Virus record (IMG/VR): IMGVR_UViG_3300025936_000003
Strand: one strand, 5' to 3'
Source of the DNA: an uncultured virus (IMG/VR IMGVR_UViG_3300025936_000003)
Lineage: Duplodnaviria > Heunggongvirae > Uroviricota > Caudoviricetes
DNA length: 64,000 nt
The position numbers were made by a program, and so were the translations under genes. Below the pieces are notes generated by a model. That model did not search any database. It was not told the DNA's origin and saw nothing but the letters and a program-made list of their open reading frames with translations. This document shows, piece by piece, positions 19,881 to 32,869 of the stretch; the first letter of the stretch is position 1; every line of letters begins with the position of its first letter.

Positions 19881-20338
19881 GTCGGCAGTTTGCCGCTGCC
19901 TGCCGCTTGCGTCCGACCCGCAAGCGGCAGTAGGCGGAAAACACCGCAAGAAACGACAAAACCGTATGCAATACCAAATCAACCTCACCCCGCCGACGAG
20001 GGTCTACTGCGTCAAGGCCGCCGTGTCCTCGCAGGATACTCTCACACAGGTGGTAGGTCCCGAGGAGACAATATGACACCTGAAGAAATCATCCAACTGG
20101 CGAAGCTGCTGGTGAAATACCACAACTCGATCACCAAAACCAACTCTAGCATCTACGGAGAGAAGATGGACAAGGCGCTGTGCCGGGACACTTTCACTAC
20201 GCTGTTCACCCAAGGGCACGCCCAATTCGACGAATTGAACAACGTGCAAAAAGGCTTCCTTCACCTGCCCATTAACCTCAAGGAACTCGCTAATAAAGGA
20301 GGTGAGTGAAATGATTAGAAGCTAAACACAGCATACCC

Positions 20339-20376
20339 AACACCCACTATCGCAACACGGCGAGGTGGGTGTTTTT
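20339..20376 (+). terminator. Intrinsic terminator
   Basis: AACACCCAC...GTGGGTGTT followed by T-run. Confidence 0.7.
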
Positions 20377-20562
20377 AGTGGTTTGGTGAATGAAAGTATT
20401 CGGCAATATCCCACGTGGTGAAGGGGGTGCAATAGTGGGGTCTGGTGAATCACCAATTGGGGTAGGCGAGCAGCCAATTTCGCGCTTTTCGGCTATATCT
20501 TACCCAAATGGTACCAATTTCTAGTCCTCGCATTGTCCTCATCAAACCTTCACATGGGTATC

Positions 20563-21342
20563 TTATACCACTTCTGCATCTACTATGTTCTCGGCTGTTT
20601 TCTCGGCTTCCGAGCCGTTACCCAATTCCTTTGGATTATCTCTCAACTCCCTCTTTTTCCTCACCGCATTCAATATTTCCCTTCTCGTTTCAAAACTCAA
20701 CTCTAGCTCATCTAAATTCAACGCAGAGTGGTGAATCAGTCCACTATGCTCTACTTGCATCTTTTCAGTATATCCCCTATCAGCATTCTGCGTCCGGTTT
20801 GCGAATACAATCGCCCCAGGATATCCTTCAGCTACTAACCCCATCAAGGCATCTTCAAAGAAATCTTTCTTAGCCTCTTGCAATTCCTTCAATGCCTTCT
20901 TGAACCCAATTTCTTCATTCCACCTCAAAGCCTGCTCCCTTGTCACGCCGGCTAGCCTACAAGATTTACTCATATTCCAATTGCTCAGCATCATCGCGTG
21001 CAGGAATAATTCTTGCCTCACGTGGGTCGCCAATTCCTGCCTCACTGCGCTCGGCACTCTGTTGTCATTCTGGTCAAGGTAGAATTCAACTTGCTTCCAA
21101 ATCTTCCTCGCTGGCTTGCTCAATTTCCCTAGCATGTATTCACCAACATCGTCAAGGCTCTTCTTCCTCTCTGCCGCGAGGCGATGGACAGTCATCACAT
21201 CTTCCCTCGTCTTTCTCCATCTCACCAGAGAGTCTTGAGGTACTTCTAATGTCGCTGCTAGAGCAGACAATCCCATGCCACGAAGAAGACAGTCATACAT
21301 CACGAGAAGGAATTCAAGGTTTATTTTCTTATTCGCTTTCAT
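20563..21342 (-). CDS. terS: Terminase small subunit
   Basis: NMSKSCRLAGVTREQALRW HTH, DFFEDALM, GAIVF...RGYTEKMQVEHSG signature. Confidence 0.75.
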   Translation of the reverse strand: MKANKKINLEFLLVMYDCLLRGMGLSALAATLEVPQDSLVRWRKTREDVMTVHRLAAERKKSLDDVGEYMLGKLSKPARKIWKQVEFYLDQNDNRVPSAVRQELATHVRQELFLHAMMLSNWNMSKSCRLAGVTREQALRWNEEIGFKKALKELQEAKKDFFEDALMGLVAEGYPGAIVFANRTQNADRGYTEKMQVEHSGLIHHSALNLDELELSFETRREILNAVRKKRELRDNPKELGNGSEAEKTAENIVDAEVV

Positions 21343-21472
21343 ATTCGCAGAATCTATGCTGTGCTAGTATTAGCAAGCAAGTAGGGAATTCATTCGCAAT
21401 GCAATGTAATGCAATCACGTTGCACTCTCTTGAAGACGTTCACGGAAGTGTTTGCAAATCTGCTAATTAAAC

Positions 21473-21518
21473 TCGGCATGAATCTTGCTCACTAAAAGCA
21501 GCTTTTGCAGTGTTGCAA
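21473..21518 (+). promoter_or_regulatory. sigma54-type promoter plus TTGCA-N4-TGCAA palindrome
   Basis: TCGGCATGAATCTTGCT; TTGCAGTGTTGCAA at 21505. Confidence 0.75.
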
Positions 21519-22589
21519 AGGCGAAGAAAATAAAAAGAAATGAAGACAAAAACAAAACTATTCGGTCACTTTCAAGACTTAGTCGACGCCTACGTCGGCC
21601 CGTTCGAGAGTGAAGAGGCTGTGCGTGAGCACGCCAAGTGGGCAAAGGAAGTCAGAGGCGACGGCGGTGAACTCATCGAGATTGTAACCTCAGTTCCTGA
21701 AGGTGAATTCAAAATCACGCCGGCCGAAGACAAGGCACCAATCCTCAAGAAAGGTGACAAAGTTCTCGTCACATTCGAATCGGGCAACCGGCTCAAGGGA
21801 CGCGTTGTCGAGGTGCAAGGTGAAACCTACTATGCTGAATTCGGCAGAGGTGAAAACAAATTCACCTCTTGCATCTACTGGAGCGCGTGGGGAGGCAAAA
21901 AGCCGTCATGGAAGGAGCAAGCACACTTATGAAATTCTCCACTAACATGCTCAACTACTCCAAGAAGGACCGAACCTTCTCACAGGAGATAAGCGTGCTT
22001 GAGCACACTATCCACCGGGGCAATGTTTTTCACCAAGTCTATCCTGACGCTTGCGATGAAGGCATCACGCTAGTAAGCACACAGACTGGACAGGAGGTGG
22101 ACTACGTCGTCACCAGCGTCGACCAAAACCAAGAAGGTGAAATTGCCGGCTGGTGGTTGAAGCCAACAGCTCAATCAATTCGGAGAGTCCCAGCGTGCAG
22201 AAACACTCACGTCCTCATCATCAACGACTAATGACAACACAACAGGCAATCGAAGAATTGAAGGACTTGATGAGGAGAGCGTCCTCCCTTAAAGGGGGAC
22301 GCTACTACAAGTCCGCCAAAAACAAATCTACGGTGAAGAAGGAAGCAACCCGCATTATCGAAGAGTGGGTGAAGGAGAATCTATGAACAAGGAATATGAA
22401 GAATCGCTCGACCTGCTCGAGCAAATCACCATAGCCGCGCACAGAGCAGCGGGGCTTACTGACAGCAGGACTCCACCACACTGCTTGGTGAAGCGGAATG
22501 CGAAGCTGACTGAGATTGCGAAATATCTCAATACGCTCGCCTACAATCTCGACCGAGAGGCGGTAGGGGTGAAGCTCAGATGAATGAAA

Positions 22590-22634
22590 TCGGCACAATA
22601 ACTGCTCACACTAACTAGCTTTGCAATAATGCAA
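22590..22634 (+). promoter_or_regulatory. sigma54-type promoter plus palindrome
   Basis: TCGGCACAATAACTGCT; TTGCAATAATGCAA at 22621. Confidence 0.7.
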
Positions 22635-24786
22635 AAGAAATGAAGAATATGACAAAAGAAACGAAGACAAGAAAACCAATCGATGTAACCGAAGACTTGT
22701 CAGGCGAGAAAGTGATGGAAATGCTCCACATTGCCGCCAAGAAAGAGATCCGGGAGGAAGACGACTTCAGGGTCCGTCGCCCTTACTGGGAGAGCAATAA
22801 CCAACTCGTCGTTGAATACGGCGGCCGGACGTTTTACGTCTGCCTAGAGGAGATTGTGCGCTGAGCATTTTCGCCGTTTGTGCTGGAGCTAGATAATAAA
22901 GCGCCAGCGCAAAGGGCGGCAATAACGCCGCAACAAACGAAAGAAAACGACAAATGAAAGAGACCGAGAAAGAGTTTTGGGACGCGATGAGCGAGCGTGA
23001 CAGAGAAATCTTCGCGCAGCAGGCCGAGGTTTATCGCCTGTGCGGCATCCCTGAAGGAACCAAAGTAGAGGATTACGACGGAGAAGGTGAACTGCCGAAA
23101 ACCGGCGTAGTGCTTGACTTAACCCAACACGAAGAATTCTGTGTGCTCTACAAGGATGGAGTCGAAGTCGCTCAATTCATCTCTAGCTGCCGTGGCAGTG
23201 CCTGGCTGTTTGACGCTGTGGTTTGGGCAACAGGGAAATACTACAAGGCGAGTCATCTTGAGAAGCTGGTGAACCTGCACGAGGTGAAGACGGTCGACAC
23301 GAACGACAAAGAGGTTGGGGCGTGGTTTTTCAGCAACTAAGGAGACTATGAAACGCTTCAAAATCATTTGGTCCGAGCAAACCAATTTCGCCGAGGCTTG
23401 TGAGCTAGTTAGTACCACAGTCGAAGCTGAAACGCCGGAGAAAGCCGCTCAGAATCTCGTCTACAAATGGGGATACGGAATAACGCCCGATGTGAGCGAG
23501 ATAGACAAGGGCTGTCACCACTTCTACGTCCTCCAGCCCGAGAGCAGTGAGTCCCGTCGCATGTTCATCGCAGTAGGATTGATTGTCGAGGTGGCAATAT
23601 GAAACTCACACACAACGAGGCGAGGGAATTGGTAAACGAGATGGGTGAGAGGGTCTCCAAATTGATGGAGGCTGACTTGAGCGATGTTCGCCTGCGCGAA
23701 GATGCTGTCCTCAGCACCCTGCTAGACAATGTTGAAGACGCTCTGAGCGAATTAGAATTCGCAATGGACGTCCACGCAGACAAGAAGGAGAACACCAAGT
23801 GAATAAGAAAACCGCAGCACAGCGAGGCTACGAGCACACTGGGCACTTCGCCTGGGGATACGAACGTGAGAAGCTCAAGCCTCATCTCGAAGAATACCGC
23901 CGTCAGGAATACAAGGCGATCATCGCCTCTTGTCCTCCCGACCCTCTTAGCCGAGGGCATCACGGGACTTCCTACATCATCATGGTTGAGCCGCGTTTTT
24001 ACGTGGACCAGCGTGTCAAGGCTGCGAAAGCCACAATCGACAGCTTCTCGGCTAAATCTCAAGCGATCATGGATGCTCACGTAGCCAATGCCCAGCGTGA
24101 GATTGCCGAATTATCCGCCAAACGCGACGAAGCAGCGAAATGGCTCGAAGAACACCACGCTAAGATGAAAGGAGAGGGAAAGATATGAAGACCATTCCTT
24201 ACTACCGCAAGCACGTTTACGGGAAGGTGATAGAATATGTCGCCAATCCAAACGATGCATCACTCTTGACTCAAATCACCGGCAAGCTGACTGTCGACAG
24301 CAGGATGAGGGAACTTGTCCGCGACCTGACGGGAGGACTTGTCACATTCACCGAGGTACCAATGCCATGACAGCAGAACAAATAGCACAAAAGATCCTCG
24401 ACACACTCGAGAGCCAAGGCTTTACCAATTGGCACGAGACGACATTCGAGGATTACATCGGGAGGTATCCAAAAAAGCATCCCAAACACCTCACCAAGGA
24501 GCAGATCCTGGAACAAATCACCATACTCTTCCACCTTGGGGATCTCACAGTCACCCGAGACGACGGGAAGAAGGTTGCAGTGTGTGTTCCAAAGAAATGA
24601 ATCACCACCAAGATTATGAAGCCGAGAAGAAACTCAATAAGCAGGGATTCCGATTCTCGAATTGGATCTCCGCGCAGGACCCCGAAAACCCTGAATTGGG
24701 GTGCATGGTTATGAAACGAAAGCCGACCAAGTCCTCGACCGAATACCGAGAGATTAGTCCGGACGGGAGTGTGAATTGAATCAGGT

Positions 24787-24829
24787 TCGGCACAAAACCT
24801 GCTTTACTAAGTCAGTTGCAATTATGCAA
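24787..24829 (+). promoter_or_regulatory. sigma54-type promoter plus palindrome
   Basis: TCGGCACAAAACCTGCT; TTGCAATTATGCAA at 24816. Confidence 0.7.
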
Positions 24830-27073
24830 AAACCAAAACGACAAAATGACAAAGATAACTGAAACGATTGGATTCATGCAATGCTGCCGACCCGAGGACA
24901 AACCCGCGCTGGAAGCAATTCACGCAGTGGATAGCGGTTGCATCAAGTTGGATGATGAATTCGCCAACCGAGCCGCAGACTTGATCCTCGGCGCTGAGGC
25001 AGATCAATTTGAAGAGCTGGTGAGGGCCTTGGCAGGCTTCTGCGGCACTTATGCCGCTGACGTCGGTGACGATGCCTACGCCCAAGCAGCACAGCATCTC
25101 TTCAAAGCAGCCACAGCACTACGTGGCAGGATGGGGAATTGACATGAAGGTGAAAGTTATCATCACAGCCGAGCTGAAAAGATTAGCCGGACATCCTCGC
25201 ATCCCACGAGTAGGAGATGTAGGGCAGGTCCTCGCCGTGCGCCGTGACAAGCACGTCCTAGTCAAATTCAAGGGGCGTGCTTGGCCGCTCTCACTCAAAC
25301 CAGACGAATTCAAATACATATGACAACACAAGAGATAATTGAGAGGATCCCAACAATGTCAGGAGACGACATCGAGGCGATTCTTGACGCAATAGCCAGC
25401 CACACGTCCGAAACCGCCGGCGAAGCCGTCGACCCTCAGGACGGGCAGGCTTTTGGTGAATGCACACTAGCACTGAGGAAAGCGATTAAGCATTTGAAGA
25501 AACGGACCGAATAACCAACAACAGAAAGAAAACGACAAATGAGAGAAGTCAGAAAATCAAGTCAAGACTGCGCGAAGTTCAACGCGGACAATGCCGCGAT
25601 GATAGAACTCGGCATGATGGAGGGAATCACCCCAAACAAGGAGATTGTCGAAGGAGAGGCCCGAATGAAGAAAGCCGAGGAAGAGAAGAGAAAACAGAAC
25701 GCCGACATGGTGAAGGTGTTGAAGCAAGTCTTCGACGTGCTTCCGGACTATTGCAAGAAACGATACATTGACCCGGCCGAGAAGCACCAAACCTTCTACA
25801 ACGGGGTTGGATTCAGTCAAACACCAAATTACGACTTCTACACTCCAAACTTGGAGATCGAAAGATTTCGCAGCGACACGACAGGTGAACGCTACAACCG
25901 CGCCGTCGTCGGCTATTACGGCGACAAGAAGATGGTGAAGCTCAAGAATAGCATCGTGACAAAAGACGAGGTGACTAGAATCTTGAGGAACATCATCGAC
26001 GCTTGCGACGTTGCCGATACGAAGGCAGCCAAGGAACGCCTCGCCAAGATGGCAGCTGAACGGAAGAAGGACTATGCCGCCAGCCATCCAGACTTCATGA
26101 AGACGATGGGTATCGACATCTACAGCAACTGGGAAATCGAGGATGACGGGAGAATTACCATCCACTACCAGCACTCGGGTCTCGGCAGCACTCACAGTTT
26201 CACCGCCTTGCAATGGCTCGAATACGAGAAGATGAGAGCTGAATATCTCGCACAGCGAAAGGCTTTGGTGGATCGGTTTGAGTCCACCAACAAAGCGGCG
26301 ACCTAATCGTTGCTGCCTGCGGCGTTGGTTGCTTTGTCGTTTCCAACGCCGCAGTGAGCAGGGATTATCCTGTATCAAACCAAGAAAGACATGAAAATAG
26401 AAGAATACATAACCAAGATCGCAGTGGCAACCCCGGTGGGGTTCACCAAGCAGGCCACTGTAGGTTACCACGACGGTTCCTACCATCACACCCACAACGT
26501 CCCGCCTGGAGACACGGCAGTCGTCATCGAGAAAGATGACGTCAGGATCGTCTTCAACATCGGCACCAAGAAGAAAGATGACTACCCCAAAGGGACGACA
26601 ATCGCTGCCAGCGGGCACACCCTATTCAAGACAGCGAAGGGATGGCACAATCTCAGCCGCAGAGGAGTTGACGATGCTTTCTACACCAACGAGCTGGAAG
26701 AGCCGTCGGTGGTGATCGAGCGTGAGATTGCTCGTGCTCAAGCAAGCAAGAAGCGCAGCGAAGAATTGATCGACGTGCCGGGCCTGCCCTTCCGTGTGCA
26801 TCCTGAAAAGCTCCCAGAAATCAAAGCCAAGCTCGCCAAAGGGAAGGTTCACGAACTTCATCCTTACGGGTTCGGCATTGGCTACCGCCTCGCCAAGAGG
26901 TTGAGCAGCTGGGCCAAACCTGCCCCTCCTGAAACGTCAGCCTTCTTCGGCGTCAGATTGGTGATGGAAACGATGGACTGCGACTGATTCAATTCAATTG
27001 CAAGCGCAGTGTTTTGCACTGCGCTTGCAACGTCGCCAATGAATTCATTTACAAGACCTGCAACAAAATGCGT

Positions 27074-27118
27074 CCGGCATGAATCTTGCTCACACTAACT
27101 AGCTTTGCAATAATGCAA
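27074..27118 (+). promoter_or_regulatory. sigma54-type promoter plus palindrome
   Basis: CCGGCATGAATCTTGCT; TTGCAATAATGCAA at 27105. Confidence 0.75.
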
Positions 27119-28554
27119 GGCGGAAACAGAAAGAAAAACGACAATGAAACGCACAAGACTATCACCACAGGAGGCAGCGGCTGAAGCTGTCAATCGCGAG
27201 GCCCGCGCCAAGGCAGCGAAGGAACGCGAAGCCCAGCGCAAAGCCCAACGCCGCGAAGATGCCGACAAGCGAGTGACCGATTTGAGGATGAAGGCCACGC
27301 TACTCTCCAACTGGCCCTTGACCGAAGAGGGCGAAGAGGCCCAGAAAATCCAATACGTCATCCGAGACATCGGCCGGACTTGGCTCAACCTGCATGAAGA
27401 GTTGAGTGATCGTCAAGCCACATTCTTAGCCAGCCCGGCTAATTACTTTGAGTGGGCCTCGTCGGACATGGAGATTGCCTGCAAGCGAGAAATCCTTGAC
27501 AGCATTCTCTACCGGCTCGGCGAAGAGGGCCACGACGTCCAACCTAGCTTGAGATTGGTAGATATCGTTGCCGAGGTTGCCGAGAGACTAACCGAAGACC
27601 TGCTCAACAACCACGACAGGCCAACCTCTACTAGCCCAGCACACAACGCCACAATGATTGCGAAGGCAGAGGCAAGGAGCCATATGCTACGCTGGCACTT
27701 GAAGGGTTGGCTGAAGATCCTCAAACCCGAATTCAAAGTCACATGAAATTCAAAATCATCTTTTGGGACTGGAGAGACCAGGTCAACATTGAGGAGTTGA
27801 ACGAAGCACTGACTGAATTCGTCAAGCCTCGTGTCGCTGACGTCGAGACTCACGACGACAATTATGTCATGGTCGTTTGCGAAGAAGAAAACATCAGCCA
27901 AGCTCAAGCCCTCTACAACGGCTGGCTTGAGGAGAGACGCAAGGAGATCGAGGGAGAAGAAAACATTGGTCAATCCCAGGAGGAAGAATGAAAATGGAAT
28001 ACGAAGATCAGAAGAGACTCATACAGATCGCCCGCGACCGGCGATACGTGAGAGGCTGGGCCGGAGGGGACGACCATCCCTTCCAAGGTCCAGACGGATA
28101 TTCAGGATACACCGTCACGGATGCTCGCAACCACATGACTCGCATCAAGCAGCAGATCGAGGAGAAGTATGGAATCACTCACACTCCCTCACCGGCGACA
28201 ATCAAGAGGCAGCAGGAGGAGTGGATACGAAATCGTGACAAGCGAGCGAACATCGACAAGAAGGTGAAAGAGGCCTTCCCACTGCTCAAGAAAGCCTACC
28301 ACGTCATTGCAGTGAATGAGTGGCGTGGACGCAAGGCGATGAGGCGAATCGTGAGGCGGATGGGTTTCGAGAACATCAGCGCAGCTTGCGCCTACCGGGC
28401 CCAAGCCAACAAACTGAAAGACAGACTCTTGCGAAGGGCAGGGTTGAGACGCTACTGAATTCACTCGCAATGCAACCGCAAGCGGTTGCATTGCAACCTC
28501 AATCGTCTTCAATTATGAATTGTTTGATTTCTTAGCAATCTTGCAAAACTATAC

Positions 28555-28599
28555 TCGGCATGAATCTTGCTCATACAAACTAGCTTTGCATGTTTGCAA
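28555..28599 (+). promoter_or_regulatory. sigma54-type promoter plus palindrome
   Basis: TCGGCATGAATCTTGCT; TTGCATGTTTGCAA at 28586. Confidence 0.75.
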
Positions 28600-29048
28600 T
28601 GAAGCAAGCAGGCAGATAATAGAAAGAAACGAAGATGAAAAGACAATGGATAATCACAATCAAAGTTAACCAAGACGTGACTGGTACCGTTGGTCCGTTC
28701 CCAGATGAGGAAACGGCCGACCGTTACTGCCGCATCTACCTTGAGCCGAATCTCAAGGGCTCCACCTTCCACATGAGCGACTTGGAGAACCCAGAACAGT
28801 TCATCCGAGACCTCCTCAAATCGATCGGCTAACATGAGAACGATTTCAAGAATCTACTGCCACAACGAACTCGCGGCCAAGATTAAGAAAGCCCTCGAAG
28901 AGAAGGGGCTCAAACCAACCGAGAGGTTCACGATGACGAACGGTTTCCACGCGACAGAGATCTCCGTGCCGGTTCACGGCCGGAAGGAAACCAACGCAGC
29001 CTTCGATGTCTTCGAAGGTGAGAACTTCAAGTTCCAGAAAGGTGTGCG

Positions 29049-29810
29049 ATGAAAGTATCTGACGAGATCCTTGAGAAGCTGACGAAGATTCTCAGACTGG
29101 CGAACGACCGGGCCGCGCAACCTGGTGAGATTGAGGCTGCGATGGGCAAAGCGAGAGAACTTGCAATGCGTCACAGCATCGACCTCGCTTCGGTCAACCT
29201 GAATCCGGACACCAAGATCGAAGGTGGAATCGAAGTCGAGAAGAACTCAACACTGAAGACGAGATCGAAATACAAACAGCCCTACCACTATTGGGTTTTC
29301 GGCGTCTTGCAAGAGGTGTTTGAGGTGAAGGTGATCATCTCAGAATACAGCGACTACAACGGAGGGAAGGTCATCAGCGCGATTCACATCATTGGCGAAG
29401 CAGTAGATGTTGCCATCGCCTGCGCGGTTTACCCTTTCCTTGAGAAGGTGTTTCCGGCTACGCTCAGCCGGGCCGTATCGGCTGGAACGCTAACATACTG
29501 CGCCGCTCACACCAACGGCTGCTACCGTGGGATACACTGGGGCATCATCGAGGCTAATAAGCGCGAGGTTGAAAAGCTCAAGAAGGAAGAGCAGCAGACC
29601 CTCGCGATGGTAATCAGGAAGAAAAGCGAGGTTGTCGAGGCCGCGATGTACCAAATGTTCCCAGCTATGAAGGCTCGCCAAGAGATGGAGAAGAGACTGA
29701 ACAAAGGGAAAGAAAAGAAGGCCCGCAGGGTGCAGATGAGTTGGGAAGCTCTGAACTACGGGCACGCCGAAGGGAAAAAGATCAACCTCAAACAAGTCGG
29801 CGACAAATGA
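29049..29810 (+). CDS. DUF2786-domain protein
   Basis: ILEKLTKILRLA...EIEAAMGKARELAMRHSID N-terminus. Confidence 0.75.
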   Translation: MKVSDEILEKLTKILRLANDRAAQPGEIEAAMGKARELAMRHSIDLASVNLNPDTKIEGGIEVEKNSTLKTRSKYKQPYHYWVFGVLQEVFEVKVIISEYSDYNGGKVISAIHIIGEAVDVAIACAVYPFLEKVFPATLSRAVSAGTLTYCAAHTNGCYRGIHWGIIEANKREVEKLKKEEQQTLAMVIRKKSEVVEAAMYQMFPAMKARQEMEKRLNKGKEKKARRVQMSWEALNYGHAEGKKINLKQVGDK

Positions 29811-30554
29811 AACAATTTACCTCTAAGGTGGGCGTGGTACGCGACGACGTGTCGCGTCGAGGGGTCTTCTCCTCTTTGAATCACCATCCTAGAGGTTTCG
29901 AATCATATGAAACAAGAAACTGAAATTGCTCTGTTTGAGAAACTCTCAGAGAACCACAAGCTCGGCTCGTTCAAGGTGAAGAAGAACGAGGAAGAATCAA
30001 ACGACTGTCAAACCTGGTGGGACATCGGCCCGCTGGACAAGGAAGGGACTCTAATCGACACGTTCTACATCGTCCAAGACAAGGGAGAAAAATGGTTCGA
30101 GGTTTACCTCTGGGTCCACTACCCAGGCAACCGCGATGAACCGCCAAGCATGGACGAAAGAATGATTGGAGGTAACTATCTTGCACTGGGCTGGGCCTTG
30201 CGAACCATCCTTCATGAAACCCTCAACCAAATCATCAACGACAGTGGTGAAGAGGCCTACCACACAGAGATTGAAAAGGAGCAGGATGAATACGAAGAAG
30301 CAAACCGTCGCGAGCTTCGCAGAATGGCAGGTGAAGAATGACATCGAAACAATTCTTCGACACGTTAGAGTTTCACGGGTATGAATTCGTCAAGTGGGAC
30401 GGAATGCTAACAGCTATCGTCGCCAAAGACGGGAAAGAATTCTACGCGAGACAGGACACAGACTATCACCTGGAGGGATGCCCACAGTATATTGTCATCC
30501 ACGAATGGCCAATCACTCAGGTCGTCGTTCAGATCATCAAAGAGGAAGATTTCT

Positions 30555-31427
30555 TCAGACAAGGCATGCGGCGCGCCGGATCCTCTTCAACTCCTTCAAT
30601 GAAGCCTCACCAGGGTCCTTAGCGTCGATAACTAGATTAGTCGTTTCTCCAGCGAAGCACGCGAGTTGCTCACACAGCTCGCGTGCCTTGCTTTGCGCTT
30701 CCTTTGACGAATCGAAACAGATGAACCTGCGAGGGATTTGAGCGAGCTTCTTCACTTGAGCTGTGGTGAAGGTAGTCCCTAGCAAAGCACCTGCCCCCGG
30801 CCCTATCTTCCAGACATCAACCGGGCCCTCGACCACCACGATGGTATGGGAACAGTAATCTTGGCCGTAGACACAATTCTTGACACTGACGGAACTCTCA
30901 TCAATGCCAGCTGAAATATATCGTTGGCCGATTTTGTCTCCTATTGAACGAGTCGTCCAGCTGACCTTCTTCCATCTCTGAAAGATTGGGATGTAGATCC
31001 TCCAGGATAGTCGGCTAGATATCCCAATCCCTCCAATCGACCACAGTCTCTGGAGGTCAGCGGGATCGAAGCCGCGATCCCTTAAATACCTCTCGTGTGC
31101 AGGTTGCAACGGTCCTACACCCCGCGGTTCTTTAAGCGCGATCTGCGTTCTCTCGTGTTTGATTGCTGCGCTTGCTACTTTGCCCGCAGTAACAAATTGC
31201 CACGCGAGAGATTTAGACGATCCCAATTCGATAAGGAGCCAGTAGAGGCTGTGTCCACCGCAGCGCCAGCAGGCACTGAATTTGCCGCTGATGTTGATTC
31301 CAAGATGGTAACGATTGGAACCGCAATAGGGACAAACCCTCAGCTGAACCCACCCAGGCCGGCAGTGGTGATGACCAGACTCAAGGAAGTCAATCTTCAA
31401 TTCGTTCAATAATTCCTGGATCGTCAT
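30555..31427 (-). CDS. DNA primase (Zn finger + TOPRIM)
   Basis: CPYC...CWRC; YLRDRG; RIYIPI; VVVEGPVD; ICFDS; KDPGE. Confidence 0.85.
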   Translation of the reverse strand: MTIQELLNELKIDFLESGHHHCRPGWVQLRVCPYCGSNRYHLGINISGKFSACWRCGGHSLYWLLIELGSSKSLAWQFVTAGKVASAAIKHERTQIALKEPRGVGPLQPAHERYLRDRGFDPADLQRLWSIGGIGISSRLSWRIYIPIFQRWKKVSWTTRSIGDKIGQRYISAGIDESSVSVKNCVYGQDYCSHTIVVVEGPVDVWKIGPGAGALLGTTFTTAQVKKLAQIPRRFICFDSSKEAQSKARELCEQLACFAGETTNLVIDAKDPGEASLKELKRIRRAACLV

Positions 31428-31441
31428 CGCAAAGTATTATC

Positions 31442-31757
31442 AACCACCCCACACCATGCCTTCGGCATGGTCTCCTTTGCAATCCACCCGCTCTGTTCGT
31501 ATTCGATGGATTGAGAAACAAGAAGACGGTCTCCGCGAAGAATGCTTTCAGTTGCCCTCGGCGTGTCTGGCGCTCGCCATTAACCTTGCGTGAACTCGCA
31601 GGCAACCCACGGTTATCAACAAAACCGCTGGATGAAATTCACCTCGCTTTTAGTCAGTGCTCGGTATCGAACTGGCCCACCGCTTCTCTGGTTTCCTTCA
31701 ACCGATTGACGCCGAACAACCATCAATCCAGCAGGCAGCAGCAGAGTATATGTCTCC
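31442..31757 (-). ncRNA. Candidate structured RNA upstream of primase
   Basis: No convincing ORF; starts after AGATAATA (31765-31758); several nested stems (see findings). Confidence 0.35.
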
Positions 31758-31876
31758 TATTATCTGATCATGCCTTATGCTTTGCTTTGCAATGCGGTCA
31801 CGTTGCATTATTACATCTGCAAACGATGTGGTGAAAGACACTCATTGACTCTCAACGCTTCTTTTGCTTGATGAAA

Positions 31877-31922
31877 TCGGCATGAGTCTTGCTCATAAGT
31901 AGTCATGTTAGCAAACATGCAA
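31877..31922 (+). promoter_or_regulatory. sigma54-type promoter plus palindrome
   Basis: TCGGCATGAGTCTTGCT; TAGCAAACATGCAA at 31909. Confidence 0.7.
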
Positions 31923-32869
31923 ACTTTCAAATTCAACAAGAACCTAGTGGAGGTTCAGAAGGACTCAGTGGTCCTTACTCTTCGCAAGGACGGGTTCGTC
32001 GCGTCCCGCGAAACTGAAACTCTCCGCACCAACGCCACCCAATCCCAAATCGCACTCAGCTGCGGATGGGGATTTGCAGTCACACCCTTAACCAAATAAT
32101 TCATATGCCACACAATCGAGAAGTCCGAGTCACCTGGAAAGACTGGTGCGTAGGAGCCACCAGCGACGGAACCAAAACTGTCGCCCATCCGTTCAGGGTT
32201 ATCAACCGGAAGCACTACCCAGGCGAACTTTACGGGAAAGAGTTCAAGACGTCCGATGAGGCCTTCGCCGCAATGGATGGACGAGGTTATTCCCAAGTCT
32301 ACTACGCTCGCAGTAGTGTCGTCGAAGGGGCTTTCAAAGGGCTCGCTTGTCAAGAGCGACAAGCGAAGTTCGACGCACTCTACCGGCTGTGGAAGTGGCG
32401 CAAGCGAAACGGTCTTTGCGCCGAATGCACTGCCGGGTTGGAGAAGGAACTCGCCAAGCTCGCCGAGCAAGTCGGTATCTTCCACCCTTGCACAAAACGA
32501 TTCAGGAAGGTGACATTGCCGCTCAAGGGAAGGACGAAGAAGGTGGCATGAAAGCCTTTCCCTTCTTCAATCCAGCCGACTGCCCATTCGAGGTCTTAGG
32601 ATACCGAGAGGATCTCATGGACGCGATGACGGGCAAGCTGCTCGGCACACGAGAGATTCCAGAGCCGGACCGCCCGCTCGGGTCGAATGGAATGAAGGAA
32701 TACACCATCACCGAGGCGATTGTGCTGAAGAGAGGTCATAAAGAATTCATCCTCAAAGCCAGCCCGCAGCGGCCAAAGAGGGTAGTAGGAATGATTCAAA
32801 TACTCTGCGGGAAAGTAAAACGACAACCAAAATAATACTTGCAGAGATGCCGAGAGGCCTTATACTGCC

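Larger units (their letters stand above)
21540..30622 (+). other. Array of ~25 tightly packed small early hypothetical genes
   Basis: Same-strand ORFs with overlapping stop/start codons (e.g. 21540, 22640, 22954, 23599, 23799, 25539, 26391, 27144, 27988, 28635, 29907, 30338), arranged in units behind the repeated promoter. Confidence 0.7.
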
